Position numbers and translations under genes: made by a program. Below, piece after piece: positions 25,676 to 40,052 of a stretch of 64,000 nucleotides of DNA (position 1 is the stretch's first letter; each line of letters opens with the position of its first letter). The stretch lies in NCBI GenBank assembly GCA_964106645.2, contig OZ067053.1. One strand, given 5' to 3'. The DNA comes from Podarcis pityusensis (taxonomy: Eukaryota). The notes under the pieces were generated by a model, which saw only the letters and a program-made list of their open reading frames with translations, did no database searches and was not told the origin of the DNA.

Positions 25676-26697
25676 TAGCTTTGGCTACGAGGCAATGATT
25701 GGCCCATCCAAGGTCACACGCCTAGTGAACTTCATAGTTAAGTGGGGATTCGAACCCTGGTCTCCCACATCCTAGCTCCAACATACTAACCACTACACTG
25801 CACTGGCTCCCTTGAGGGCTTATCTTAAACAGAAGAGGCAACTCGTACAATTTCATAATCCAGGGTTCTGGTTTTTTTCAGTAAAGTTGTGAAATGCAAA
25901 ACACTTCCCATGAGCTGAGAGGAAGCAGTAAGTGTCCCAAGAAAGGAGCAAAACTGGAGGCAGCAGTGCTTTCTGGAGACCAGTTGCTGGAAACCTCAGG
26001 AGGGGAGAGGGCTCTGGTGCCTGGGTCCTGCTTCCAGGTTTCCAACCCCACAGGCATGTGGTTGGCCCCTGTGAGAACAGGGTGCTGGACAAGATGGTCT
26101 GTTGGCTTCATTCAGCTGGGCTCTTCTTAATGTTCTTCTGTGGACCCTGAACTCCGCTGCCAGATAGGTTGGCCTCTCATCACCTCGCGACAGGATTCCT
26201 CTCCAGGGAATGAGGAAGGGGCCACAGATCGGCCATTCCCAGCACCCTTAGCAAACCACAGTTCCCAGGATTCTTTGGGGGCAGCCATGTGCTTTCGATG
26301 ATGGTCTGGGGAATTGCGCTTGTGGTGCTGCGCTCTACAAAATACCACAGCGTGGTGACTCCAAAATGGGCATTTCCCAGCACTCTGAAATGCCTTCCTT
26401 CTACCATAGGCAAAGCATCATGTATTGGTTGCTCCAGGTGTCTTCTAAAGTCTAATCTTCCTGCCCAGGTTTTCCCTGATCCAGAAGACTGGAACCTGAA
26501 ATTACTGAATGTCTGTTTCTATAATACTGTTTTCATGTTTTGTATCTCTGAGGTTGTTGTTTTTTTAAAAAAAAATTATTGGGTTTTTATGTCGTATTTA
26601 TATATGGCTTTTCAATATCAGTCGGTTTATATTAATGCTGCTAAATTAAATAAATGAATTGTGCCCACAGAGGAGTTGCCTTTATTTTCCTCCTCAG

Positions 26698-26849
26698 GTC
26701 TCGATTGATCAGACAGCCCCTGCCACTCTTGAAGGCATTGCGCTGAGCAACGCAAGCCAGTCCACAGACAGGAGCATCAGCCAAGCCTTTGCCAGCTCCC
26801 AGAACTTAGGAGACCAGGGATCTGCCACATCTGGTTCCGTCGAGAACAG
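26698..26849 (+). CDS. DEPDC5: DEPDC5 exon 19: VSIDQTAPATLEGIALSNASQSTDR...SGSVEN
   Basis: cctcag|...ag|gtgagc. Confidence 0.92.
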
Positions 26850-27014
26850 GTGAGCCGGTTGCCACAGATAAGAAGGCTCGTTGTGGGCCTGTCTAGTCTG
26901 TATACCTACGAAATTACCTTTCCTCATACATTCCCACTCGGCCACTCTGATCAGCGGAACTGTGCCACATAACAACTGTTCCTCATTTGTAAGAAATAGA
27001 TTTTTTTTTTTTTA

Positions 27015-27153
27015 GTGTGGCAGCACCTAGACTTTGGAACTCCCTGCCACTTGAGATCAGGCAGAAACCTTCGCTATATTCTTTTTGGCACCTCTTAAAT
27101 ACATTTTTTGTTTAGACAAGCCTATCCAGATGTTTAGAGAGTCGGTGCAAGTT

Positions 27154-27189
<36 letters not shown>

Positions 27190-27360
27190 TCTTTATTGTC
27201 TGCTTTTTATTGTTATTTTAACTTTTTGAATGTTTTAAATTGTGGTTGTTTTTCTGATTGATAATTTGATCGTCTTTTTTGTAAACTGCTTTGAGAGGTT
27301 TAAAAACAAACAAATCAAGCAGTGTATAAATTTTATGAAATAAATGTAATAAAATAAATC
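27015..27360 (+). mobile_element. Degenerate L2-type 3' fragment with internal (TAA)n
   Basis: gtggcagcacctagactttggaactccctgcc motif. Confidence 0.6.
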
Positions 27361-27888
27361 TCCCGGGCTGTCCCAGACTTGAGATGACACAGCTATATTG
27401 TCTAGAGTTAACTTTTTGTAAAATCTGTACGGGCAGCAGAGCGACTGTACCTGAATTACAGAAGCTGGTAGATGTTTAGGCTCCTGCTTTCCGAAAGCCC
27501 TGGCATGGCCTTGAAAGGAGAACAGACTTTTGATAATGGAGAGAGACTTAAGGAAAGAGACAAAGGTAGAGAAAATCAAGTCTTGCTTCGTGCAGCAGAT
27601 AGCTAGTTAAACTATGGGACAGAAGACAGTGAAGTCCACAAACCTAGACTGGGTTTAAAAGCGGATTGCACAAATTCGTGGAGGAGAGGCTTACTGATGA
27701 CTACTAGCTATGATGGCTGTGCTGTGCCTCCATGTTTGTGAGGAGGGGAGGACGGACTCCCCACTCCACCCCCGCTTGGCCTGATCCAGCAGGTTTTTCT
27801 TACGCTCGAAGCAGCTGGAGGGCCTTAAGTAGTTAGGGAGCTGGTGGTTAAATATATTTATATAGTGTTGGTTTTTTTAACTTTGCAG

Positions 27889-27966
27889 CTCTCAGCCATC
27901 CTCAGCAAGTTCCCTGACCTCATCCTCTACTTTGATAGAGATCCTTGAAGCCATGAAGCACCCCAC
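27889..27966 (+). CDS. DEPDC5: DEPDC5 exon 20: SQPSSASSLTSSSTLIEILEAMKHP
   Basis: ttgcag|...ac|gtaagg. Confidence 0.93.
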
Positions 27967-29058
27967 GTAAGGGCAACCTCCCTCTCTCTCTCTCTCTCTC
28001 TCTCCTCTTAGGCAGTCAACATGAAGCTACCCCGTGCAGAGTCAGGTCATGGGTCCATCTAGCTCAGTATTGTCCACACTGGCTGGCAGAGACTCCAGGG
28101 TTTCAGATGGGGGGGGGGGTTGTCTCTCCCATTTCTACCTAGAGATGCTGTCAGAACTTTAACCTGGGGGCCTTCTGCTTGCAAAGCAGATGCTATGGCC
28201 CTGCCCCTAAAAATAAGGTTTCTAGTCCTCATGCTTCTGAATAAAGGGCCAGTGTAACTGGGAAGCGGCCTCAAACAGAGTGTCGCAGGAGCGTGCCAGT
28301 CAGTAATAAAGAGTTGGAGTTAACTCGTTATTACCAAAAGCACGAATTCCACAGACTTGGTTGAGTGTCAGGCCTAGTGAACAGAGCAGCTCATTCCTGC
28401 TGGTCTTACTCCATGAAATTCAGTTGCCAAGACTGAAAGTCCCTGCCTTCTCCCAGCCCATCTAAGTCCCCTCCTCTCCAGGGCTTTTCCCAAGCAATTG
28501 GAGACTGTGCCTGCGTGCATTCAACCAACCTCCTCTCTGCCCTTTTACTGCCTCTCCTGGTTCTGGGAGACAAGGCGGGAAGAGAGTTTGTTGCAGCAGG
28601 AGGGGAAGACACTCGTGACTCTTCGCCAGCCTGATTCAGCTTTACCTCTTGCTCCCCCCCCCCCCACTCTTTCCAGCCTCCTCTTCTGCCTCTGATTCTG
28701 GACTGCTCTCTGTCACAGACTCCTCCAGCTCACTAAGCTCTGACACCTTTTTCCAGTCTGTTCCCTCGGACTACTCATCATTGCCCCACCACCACTCCCT
28801 GAGCTTTGAGCATTCTTCCCTCAGTGGCTCCCCACCTGGTGCCTCCCACCACTCCTCTGCAGCCATCCGGTTCATGACACCAAGCTAGACCATTGGTTCA
28901 GCTTGTTCAGTGTTCGTCTACATGGACGGGCCGTGGCTCTCTGGATAGGAGTCTTTCTCCCAGCCCTACCTAGCAATGCCATTAGGGATTGAACTTGTGC
29001 ATGCAAAGCAGATGGTCTGCCACTGAGCTGCAGCCTTCCCCAGCCCAGATAGTCTTAG

Positions 29059-29343
<285 letters not shown>

Positions 29344-29703
29344 TGATACCCTGAACCAGCTGCAATTGAGACCTTTGCTTTACCAGGGTGCTAATGGGCA
29401 TGAAAAGTGCCTCCCTTGGGCAATAGGAAAGGCAACAGACTTCAGCGATGGGCAGAGGGGTCCCAGGCAGTGTTCAAGAGAAGAAGGTGGAGCCCCCCTC
29501 CCCCCGCCATATTTTCAGCTCTTCACTTCACCCCATAGTGCTGAATGCGTACATAAACACCCACTCAAGTCATAGGGGGGTGGAATACAAGGTGCAGTTG
29601 AGAGGACCCCTACTGGGATGGTGGGTGAGCCTGCCCCCTAGGCCCTGGAGACGACACGCCCTCCTGCCAGCCCTGGAGACCCTAACCCTGCTTCTGTCTG
29701 CAG

Positions 29704-29812
29704 AAAATGCTGGACGAGCAGCTCATCACCCATGCCTCAGGAGAGGCCCTTCGCACCTTCATCTATGGGTTTTACTTCTACAAGATCATGGAAGACAAGG
29801 AGCAGGAGCGAG
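29704..29812 (+). CDS. DEPDC5: DEPDC5 exon 22 (DEP domain): [36 protein letters not shown]
   Basis: ctgcag|...g|gtcagg. Confidence 0.95.
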
Positions 29813-29989
29813 GTCAGGCTATGTGTGGTGAAAGGCAACTTGCACCCCTTGCGGAGGCTTGGGTGGGTGTTTGGTGGGGGGGGCTTCCTCAGGGATGCTG
29901 GTCTTGCAATGGTAGCACTGGGCATCCTGTAGAGATGACGCAACACGCCATTTCACAGGGTCTCTCCTCCTTTTCTTCTCTTCCTGCAG

Positions 29990-30214
29990 TGGGAATCCAG
30001 CAGCCAGCCATGTGGCACACGGCCGCCAAGGACGACTTTTCTGCCTTCCAACGGAAGTGGTTTGAGGTGGCCTTCGTGGCCGAGGAGCTCCTCCACTCTG
30101 AGATCCCGGCTTTCCTTCTGCCTTGGCTACCCAGCCGCCCGGCCTCCTACGCCAGCAGGCACAGCTCCTTCAGCCGCAGCTTTGGAGGACGGAGCCAGGC
30201 AGCTGCGCTGTTAG
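29990..30214 (+). CDS. DEPDC5: DEPDC5 exon 23: [29 protein letters not shown]...GRSQAAALL
   Basis: ctgcag|...g|gtgaga. Confidence 0.95.
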   Translation, partial: WESSSQPCGTRPPRTTFLPSNGSGLRWPSWPRSSSTLRSRLSFCLGYPAARPPTPAGTAPSAAALEDGARQLRC

Positions 30215-30431
30215 GTGAGATGATGGCTGCAGGTGGTATGGGGAGAATTTAGCCCTTGCGGCTGTCAGAAACGCCACAGAGTTCATGATGTGTGCATAAG
30301 AGGAAGAGAGGGTTTAAACCAGGCACTGTTAAGCAGGCACCTTTCAGATGCTGGTTGGGGGCAGTAGCCCAGAACATCTCAAGGGCAGCAGGATCATTGT
30401 AGGGCTGGGTAATCTAAATCTAATTGCAATA

Positions 30432-30646
30432 CAGTGGTACCTTGGATTAAGAATTTAATTCCTTCTACAGGTCTGTTCTTAACCTGAAACTGTTCTTTAC
30501 CTGAGGTACCACTTTAGCTAATGGGGCCTCCCGCTGCCGCCATGAGATTTCTGTTCTCATCCTGAAGCAAAGTTCTTAACCCGAGGTACTATTTCTGGGT
30601 TAGCGGAGTCTGTAACCTGAAGCGTATGTAACCCAAGGTGCCACTG
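30432..30646. mobile_element. MITE family A
   Basis: TA|cagtggtacc...ggtgccactg|TA. Confidence 0.88.
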
Positions 30647-31281
30647 TATACTACTTCAACAAGTTTCCAGAGTGGGGCTGAGAAGCTGGAAGTTTAGATG
30701 GTCAAATACATCCTGTGGCCTCACTTTTCAAGACCACCAACAAATAGAGATAAGAATTAATCTCCGATTCGGGCAGAACGTGAAATATGACTTAACCAAA
30801 CTGTTCATCTTGCCACCATATAATATTGGGTGTAGTCCATCTCCAATGTTCTGATTCCCGCCCCCCAATAAAAATTGCATTAAATGGAGGGGGTAGAAAT
30901 GTAGGGTTGGAATGGTACCCACAAGGGTCCTTTAGTCCAATTGGCTGCGATGCAGGAATTACAGCTAAAAAATGGCTGACAGATGGCCATCCAACCTTCA
31001 TCTGAAAACCCCCAGCGAAGGAGAGCCTACCTTGTTCTGGGGGGTCCAGTTCACTGTTGGCAAAGGCTGGTTAAAACAGCTGCCCCTAAAACCAGCAACC
31101 CCCGCTGAGCATACATAGGAAGCTGCCTTATGTACTGAACCAGGCCCATTGCTGAGACCCTTCTGTATTGTATACTCAGAGATAAGTCCTGTTCAGCAAA
31201 GGTCCCTTGTGCCTTTCATTAGAAGCTTCCTCCTTGTAGTTCCCCCACTCTTAACGGCTTCCTGCTGTTCTGGTTCCCTGA

Positions 31282-31608
<327 letters not shown>

Positions 31609-31611
31609 TGA

Positions 31612-31947
<336 letters not shown>

Positions 31948-32606
31948 TGACTCAAGTGAGAGTGGAAGGTCTGCCCTGTCCCCCCCGGCATAAAGCCCAG
32001 CAGTGTTGCTCTGGGCTCTGGTTGGGTCCTGTGGAATCTGAAGTTGGATGCATGGGAAATTTCAGTCTTGTGGAACACTCTGCCGATAAAGATTCAGCGG
32101 GTGCCTTTTTTTCCAGCTTTGAAATGCCTGCTGAAAACTCTTCTATTCTGCCAGGCCAATGCTGACAATTAAGTGCACACTTCTTCAATGGTTTTAACTT
32201 TTTTGTGTCTGGTTTTATGCCTCTATTGCTGTAAACTGCTTTGATTTAATTTTTTGACCCAGCAGTATACATTTCCCCCCCAAATAAATCCTAATAATTA
32301 AATTTGGAAAGGTGTTGTTTGCACCTGCTGGTGACAGGAGAAGATTCCCTTTGCTCAGTTTCAAAACTCTGCTCACTGTGGCGCTTGGATTTGGGCAAGG
32401 AGGTAGTCAGTGCTCATGCATTCCTCATTTTCAGTCTCTCCCTCCTTCCTGCCCTGTCTCAGATTGGCATGGGAGACACTCACTTAAATTATTGTGTGTG
32501 TGTCCTAATTTCCCTGATAAGTTACCCATAGATTTGTTTAGGCTTCTCCTCCTTCTGGATCCTCCTCCAGTTTTAGTTCCTGCCTTCATCAAAAGCTAAT
32601 GGGTTT

Positions 32607-32639
32607 CCTCCTCCTCCTCCTCCTCCTCCTCCTCCTCCT
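32607..32639. repeat. (CCT)n microsatellite
   Basis: Seen directly. Confidence 0.9.
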
Positions 32640-33519
32640 GTCATCTGGTGTATGCGGGGTGTTTTTTTTGAGGTGCTGTATTTTCCCCCTCCTGGTTTAA
32701 AAATCTGAGCCTCTGTCCCTCTTGCACCGAGGACACAGCTGTCTGGCATGTAGGATCTGAGAGGATGATCTGCCTCCAGATCTGCCTCCTGCTCACCTGA
32801 CTAGAAGGAAGCCTAGGGCAGCAACTCATACAGAGGTGCAGCAGGTGCACTCCTCTAAGGGCAGATCATTCTACTGCAACTGGTGTGACTGATGCCATTT
32901 AAGTAGAGACAGAATCTCATTTTGGACTACACCTCCCATCAATCCCCAGCATCATAATGCTAGCTGGGGGTGATGGCAGTAGTCCAAAACTTCTAGAGAA
33001 CAGGAGGTTGGTGAAGACTGGAATTTGGCAGCTTCCAACACTCTAAGGGGAGTGGGGCGCTGTAGTCTCCCAAGAACCACAAATGGATTTCTTGTTCTAG
33101 CAATGACTGCGTTAAAGCAGTGTCCACCTCGCCATTTGAGACTTCATGATGAATGTCCTGCCAGGTGGTCACATCCCTCATTCCACCCACCCCCGCCTGC
33201 CTCCCCCTCCCCACACCCAATATGGAATGATCCAGACTTCTGCTGTGCAATTGCTTCCACTGTTACCATAGTTACCTCCCTCCCACCCCAAAATATTTCA
33301 GACTTAAGGTGCTTTCTGGGAACATGAAAGGAAGGGAACAGCCGGTGGCTTTTCCCTGTCCGGTGATGAGCCAAAAGACAGGAGGGGCTTCCTCGTCGCA
33401 AACAAGTGGCAAAGATCCCCAAAAAGGGGAATGCCCAGTTATGAAAGCTAATCTGCTTCATTTGTCTGTCTCCAACATGAGTCTTGCCAGCTCTTGGAAC
33501 TAGAACCTCTAAATATGGC

Positions 33520-33555
<36 letters not shown>

Positions 33556-33935
33556 TTTTTTTATTTATACCCCGCCCTCCCCAGCCAAGGCGCTAACAAG
33601 CAATAATAAAAACAAGTTGAATGAATACAACTTAAAAGCAAGATTAAAATATTGAAACATTAAAATATTAAAATGCAGCCTCATCACAGGAGGAGAAAGG
33701 AAAAAGAAAAAAGAAAGAGGGGGAGGGAATCAAATTGGCTCCAAGCCAAAGGCCAGGCAGAACAACTCTGTCTTACAGGCCCTGCTGAAAGATGTCAGAT
33801 CCTGCAGAGCCCTGGTCTCAAGAGACAGAGCGTTCCACCAGGCCGGAGCCAGTGTTGAAAAGGCCCTGGCTCTGGTTGAAGCCAATCTAACTTCCTTAGG
33901 GCCCGGGACCACTAGGGTGTTGCTATTTATGGACC
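33520..33935 (-). mobile_element. L2-type LINE 3' end with (TAA)n microsatellite tail
   Basis: LVVPGPKEVRLASTRARAFSTLAPAWWNALSLETRA...FSRACKTELF. Confidence 0.8.
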
Positions 33936-34158
33936 CTTTTCCTCCCTCCACCCAGTATTAATACTGTCTCCCCTGAGACCAGCAGCATCTCTGGAAGAGA
34001 AGGAGAGGGGTCTTTCCTATCCGCCCCTGCTGCTTTCTGACATGAGTTCCAGCACTAAGCTATGGCCCTCCCACATGCATGTGTTTTAAGGAAGGAGGGC
34101 TGGTGCAACAAACGGGCCCTCCTCCCTACACATCCAGACGTCTTTAGGTGCAATCTGA

Positions 34159-34269
<111 letters not shown>

Positions 34270-34888
34270 TAAGCCTAGAAGAGGGCAGGCTGAGGAGCGT
34301 CTGTTTAACCCTTGAGCCACGAGGACAATCATTTGTTGGGGGGCGGGGGAGAGTGATCAGGCATGGGGAAATGAGATCAATAAGGTTTTCTGCAGGAGTC
34401 TTCGCTTTTATACAACCTTCTGCAAACAAGCTGCCAGGTTCCTGCTCATGTGCAGAATGCAGTCATTCCTCTTGTCACTTAGGAACATAGGAAAAACCTG
34501 CCTTACTCTTTGTCAGAGCACTGTGTCTACCTAATTCAGTACGCCGACTGTCAGGAATTCTCTAGGGTTTCAGGCAAGGGGGTCTCACCTGGGGATGCCA
34601 AGGGAAAAACCCAGGACCTTCTGCAGACAAAGCAGATTATCTCTACCCCTGACCTACTGCCCTTGCCCTATCCTAGGAGGCTGCCTTGTCCTCCATTGGC
34701 CCATCTAGCTAAGCAGTGCTCCCACTGAGTGGCAAGACTGGCTCTCCAGGGTTTTAGGAAAGGAGTCATTCCCCAGCCCTACCTGAAGATGCTGCTGGGG
34801 ACTGAGTTTGGGACCCTTCTGCAGGAAAAGGTACAGCCCTTCCGTGATTCCTTGCTAATTTCCTTCTGCAACGTTTTCTTCTCTCTAG

Positions 34889-34971
34889 GTTTGGGTTTGT
34901 GCAAGATAAATATTCTGCCTCTGCATTCAACTTCCCTTCAGAGAACAAACCCCAGTACATTCATGTCACAG
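34889..34971 (+). CDS. DEPDC5: DEPDC5 exon 27: [28 protein letters not shown]
   Basis: ctctag|...g|gtgaat. Confidence 0.95.
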
Positions 34972-35190
34972 GTGAATACACTTTTTTTTCTTCTCCTTCT
35001 GGGCTTGTGACCCTCAAGACACAAAGCGTCCTGTGAGCAGCTGGCCTTGTATAAAACCACCAGAACATCCAGGAGAGAAATATGCTGAATGAGGAGATGA
35101 GTCAGCAAAAGGCCCCTAGCAAACAATAACTGCTTTATCATTGAAGGCAAAGCTTTGCAGCAGAGTAGTGGGCTAGGTCAGGGGTGGGCA

Positions 35191-35325
35191 CAGTGCTTTT
35201 TTAAAAAGGAGGCACTCAAGGGTACGCAGTACCAGCACCCCCCTTTTTTTGTTAAAAAGTGTGATACTTACAGTAACAACTTCATGGTGAGTACCGGCAC
35301 CTATTTTTCTAGGAAAAAAGCACTT
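35191..35325. mobile_element. hAT-like MITE (cagtgctttttt...aaaaaagcactt), TSD ggtgggca/ggagggca
   Basis: Imperfect TIRs and a 7/8 TSD. Confidence 0.65.
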
Positions 35326-35989
35326 GGAGGGCAGAAAGGAGACTGGCCAAGGGGAGGGGGTGCCAATCTGATTTGCAAGAGACTAGCAAGGGGTGCAGTT
35401 TCTCATACCAAGACTAGGCTTCTGAAATAAAGAATGCTTCAAAGTAGCCAGGATTGGACTTCTGACATCAATTCAATCCTGGTTCTGAAAACCACTTCCA
35501 AGGCTCAGAATGTGCTCAGAGGTACCCTTTTCTTCCATTCTAACTGCGTCTTTTGCTCTTGGCTCCAATTGGTCAGGGACTGGTTGGTAAGTGTGCTGTA
35601 GAGGAATCCCATAACACCCAAGTGCCTCGGCCAATTGAGTCCCCTACAGCCCGCCCACCAACCGGTCACCAAAGAGAGAAAATGAGTAAGTTGCTAGAGA
35701 GGACCCTGGAAGGCAGCTGGCAGGGGCTCTGTCCTTCTCCAGAGGGGAGTGAGCTTAGGGCGAGGTTTGCCTTGCCCTGGGGGCCCCACCCACTGGCTTT
35801 CCTTCGTCCAATGGCACAAGCTCTTTCTCAAAGTTCTGGCAACAGACTTGTGTTGCTGCATCTGATTTGCTCCTCAGCTGGAAGGGCCTATAGCAGTGGG
35901 GAAGGGAAAAGCAGCCTCGGCCATGTATACCTGAAGGAGTGTCTCTACCACCGTCATTCAGCCTAGATAGAATTCCAGCACCGTGGGCC

Positions 35990-36275
35990 TTCTTGCAGTT
36001 ACCTCACTGCAAGAAGTGAAGTTGCAGGGAACCAGGCAGAGGGCCTTATTAGTGGTGGCGCCCACCCTGTGGAACGCCCTCCCATCAGATGTCAAGGAAA
36101 TAAGTAACTATATAACCTTTAGAAGACAGCCCTATATAGGGTAGGCAACCCAGTATAGGGAAGTTGTTTAACCTTTAATGTTTTATTATGCTTTTATATG
36201 TCTTGGAAGCCACTCATAGTGGCTGGGGCTCCCCACTCAGGTGGGTGGGGTACTACTACTACTAATAATAATAAT
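35990..36275 (+). mobile_element. Degenerate L2-type LINE 3' end
   Basis: agggccttattagtggtggcgcccaccctgtggaacgccctccc motif; (TAC/TAA)n tail. Confidence 0.65.
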
Positions 36276-36657
36276 CAACGCAAGAAATATTATTAGAGTT
36301 CAAGGGTAGCCCAGTGAGGGGTGTGGCTCGGGGGGAGTTCAGAGTGCCTGATAGTGAGGCCTAAAGTTTTTGACTAGCCTTTCTGGTTTAAGTAATAAAA
36401 AATAATAAAATGCGATCACCAACCCTCCCTCTTTGAGCAAGCTTGTGGCAATAAGGTTGATTGAGAAGAGATGTTTTGCAAAAGCTGTACTGCTAGCTCA
36501 TGCTGGAGTTGGTTGCAAAAACCTCAGCAAAGCAGGTTTTACAAAGGAGGCAAGCTCTCATTTTAAGAACAGAACTAGCAGGCTTGCTAATTCTGCTGTA
36601 AGTTGACCAGGGTCCCAGTATGCATCATACACTGACATGTATCCATCACTAACCTAA

Positions 36658-37005
<348 letters not shown>

Positions 37006-37337
37006 AGAATCCCCACCAGCCACAGAAGTCAAATGTAGCTGCAGTTAGCTGTCCTGGAAGAGTGGGTGCAAGGAGCATCTTGAGAAATCCTGGGCAGGCT
37101 CCTGGGAGCAAGGTCTCAGGATGCCACAAATGGGCGCTTTTCACAGGTGCAAATGGATAAGTCTTACTATGGGAAGGCGACTTCCCGTCCGAATGGAGGA
37201 CAGCCTGATGGACATCAGACAGCAGTGGAAGAAGACCAGAAGCTTTTTCAAAAAAACGAGCATAACCTTTTTCATCTTCTGAAAATCCTCATTGGGAGTT
37301 TTTTGTGCATATGTAAAATGTTGTACAATATTTATGG

Positions 37338-37343
37338 AATAAA
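37338..37343 (+). terminator. Likely DEPDC5 polyadenylation signal AATAAA
   Basis: First AATAAA after the stop, about 330 nt downstream, preceded by TGTA elements. Confidence 0.65.
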
Positions 37344-37796
37344 AACACACAGTTCTCCTCCCATTGTTGGGGTGGCGTATTCATTGGCTCTCGCTGCTTG
37401 CATGTGGCTGCTGGCAGGCAGCAAAACAGAGCTGCAAATGGTTGGATCCAGCAACTAGATGATACAGTAGAAGCAGGAAAAGCACATTAAAGGGGAGTGG
37501 AAATAGCACCTCTTTAGGAACCTGGGTTTTACTGTTGCCTGGCGTGCAAACTCCTCACTTATCTATCTGACATCATTCATTGGCTAAAAACTGACTCAGG
37601 AGCAGCCAGGTTTGTTCATTTCACAGAAATTGCTTAGATGATTACCTACACTTTTTGCTTCATAACTGTTTAGCAGAGCTAGAGACTCTCTTCTTTTTTA
37701 AAAATGAGGGCTGACCACCCCCATTCCAGAGGGGAGGCGAGGACCAGTGGAGAGAAATCAAAGCATTGGACCTGGGCTAAAAATAATACAGTGGTA

Positions 37797-38146
37797 AAGA
37801 TCAAGGGACCCCTGACCATTAGGTCCAGTCATGACCGAGACTGGGGTTGTGGCGCTTATCTCGCTTTATTGGCCGAGGGAGCCGGCATACAGCTTCCGGG
37901 TCATGTGGCCAGCATGACTAAGCTGCTTCTGGCGAACCAGAGCAGCGCACGGAAACGCCGGTTACCTTTCTGCCGGAGTGGTATCTATTTATCTACTTGC
38001 ACTTTGACGTTCTTTTGAACTGCTAGGTTGGCAGGAGCTGGGACTGAGCAACAGGAGCTAAGCCCGTCGCAGGGATTCGAACTGCCAACCTTCTGATCGG
38101 CAAGTCCTAGGCTCTGTGGTTTAACCCACAGCGCCACCCGCATCCC
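37797..38146 (-). mobile_element. Sauria SINE, 12-bp TSD aatacagtggta
   Basis: Reverse complement of the other copies; TSD at 37785-37796 and 38151-38162. Confidence 0.9.
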
Positions 38147-38154
38147 TTACAATA

Positions 38155-38396
38155 CAGTGGTACCTCGGGTTAAGTACTTAATTAGTTCTGGAGGTCTGTT
38201 CTTAACCTGAAACTGTTCTTAACCTGAAGCACCACTTTAGCTAATGGGGCCTCCTGCTGCCGCCGCGCCGCCGGAGCACAATTTCTGTTCTCATCCTGAA
38301 GCAAAGTTCTTAACCTGAAGCACTATTTTTGGGTTAGCAGAGTCTGTAACCTGAAGCTTAAGTAACCTGAAGTGTATGTAACCCGAGGTACCACTG
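38155..38396. mobile_element. MITE family A
   Basis: TIRs cagtggtacctcgggtta, TA TSD. Confidence 0.9.
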
Positions 38397-39067
38397 TAAT
38401 AGAAAATATCTAAGGATAAGAGCTATTTGACAATGGAGAAGCCTGTCTCAGAAGGTGATGGATGGGTTATTCCTTAGCTGGTGGAGGCATTTAAGTAGAG
38501 GCTGGTTGGCCATTTGTCATTGTTGCTATGGCTGGATCCTGTATTATAAGACCCTGCACTGAGCAAAAAATTGGATTGGGGACCTTTCCAACATGATTCC
38601 TTGAAGCTAGATAAGCAAAACTGGAGGAGAGCGAGCGCATCTCATCTTTCTGCATCAGTGCATGTCCAAAAATTGAGTAGATCCATTTCCTCACATTCCC
38701 AAAACTACCTGGGACTGTCAGCAATTATGCATGAGTGATGATGGAGCTGCATTCTCACATCACCAAGCTCAATCCTTGCCTGACTTGTGTTACTCAGCGC
38801 TTTCCTTCAAAGTGGGTGGTTGCCATGCTGGGATGTGTGGCTGGCTTCCAAGAAGCTTCTGCTCAGAAAGGTGTGTGCAGAGAGACTGAATTTCTCTCTC
38901 TTATTTATTGCTTTTAATAAATCCCTTTTGCCAGGTGGGGAATCGGTTCACTTTCTCATGAGGTTGAAGGTTTGGAGGAGAGAGCCTTTCTGCAGGCTCC
39001 CTCTCCACAGACAAAGGTGCTTCAAAACCACAAAAAGTGCTCCAGCCCCCATGTAGCTTTCAAAATA

Positions 39068-39548
39068 CAGTGGTACCTCGGGTTAAGTACAGTGGTGCCC
39101 CGCAAGACGAATGCCTCGCAAGACGAAAAACTCGCTAGACGAAAGGGTTTTTCTGTTTTGCGTTGCTTCGCTAGACGAATTTCCCTATGGGCTTGCTTCA
39201 CAAGACAAAAACGTCTTGCGCTTTTTTTTTAAAGCCGCTTGAAGAGGCGCAGTTGCGACGGACCGTGCTTCGCAAGACGAAAAACATCGCAAGACGAAAA
39301 GGCTCGCGGAACGAATTATTTTCGTCTTGCGAGGCACCACTGTACTTAATTCGTTCCGGAGGTCCGTTCTTAACCTGAAACTGTTCTTAACCTGAAGCAA
39401 CACTTTAGCTAATGGGGCCTCCTGCTGCTGCCGCGCTGCCGGAGCCCTATTTCTGTTCTTACCCTGAAGCAAAGTTCTTAACCTGAAGCACTATTTCTGG
39501 GTTAGCAGAGTGTGTAACCTGAAGCGTATGTAACCCGAGGTACCACTG
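39068..39548. mobile_element. MITE family A with nested MITE family B
   Basis: TIRs at both ends; B inserted at an internal TA. Confidence 0.9.
39090..39342. mobile_element. Tc1/mariner-type MITE family B (TIR CAGTGGTGCC(C/T)CGCAAGACGAA)
   Basis: TA TSD at 39088-89 and 39343-44; repeated cgcaagacgaa motifs. Confidence 0.88.
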
Positions 39549-40052
39549 TATAACTGGGCTACTCAGAGAGATGTGGTTTGCTCTCCAGTTGATGAAGATT
39601 ACATTTATAGCTCACCTTTTCCTCCAGGTAGCTCAGGGTGGTAGACATGGTTCTCCAACTTCCCATTTTATCCTCACACAACAACCCTGGGAGGTAAGCT
39701 AGGCTAAGAGTGAGTGTCTGGCCCAAGATCAAACACTGAGCTACACGGCTGAGTGGGGTTTCGAACCCTTGTCTCCCAGTTCACAGGTCACCAACTAGCT
39801 CTGTCTAGTTGACATCTGCTTTATATACCGTTTGACTGCAGAAAACCACAAAGTGGTACTATGCACACACAGGAAACGCTGGGCTGCATGGGATGTGTTG
39901 GCAATGCCCCCCCATTCATTTATTATATATATATTATTATATATTGCTCTCATGCATTTATAAGCATTTTGCGGGGGGGGGTGTAGTCAGATAAATAACT
40001 TCATTGTTGTGGCTTAAGTGGGGCAGTCCACTGATCATGGGGATACACAATA

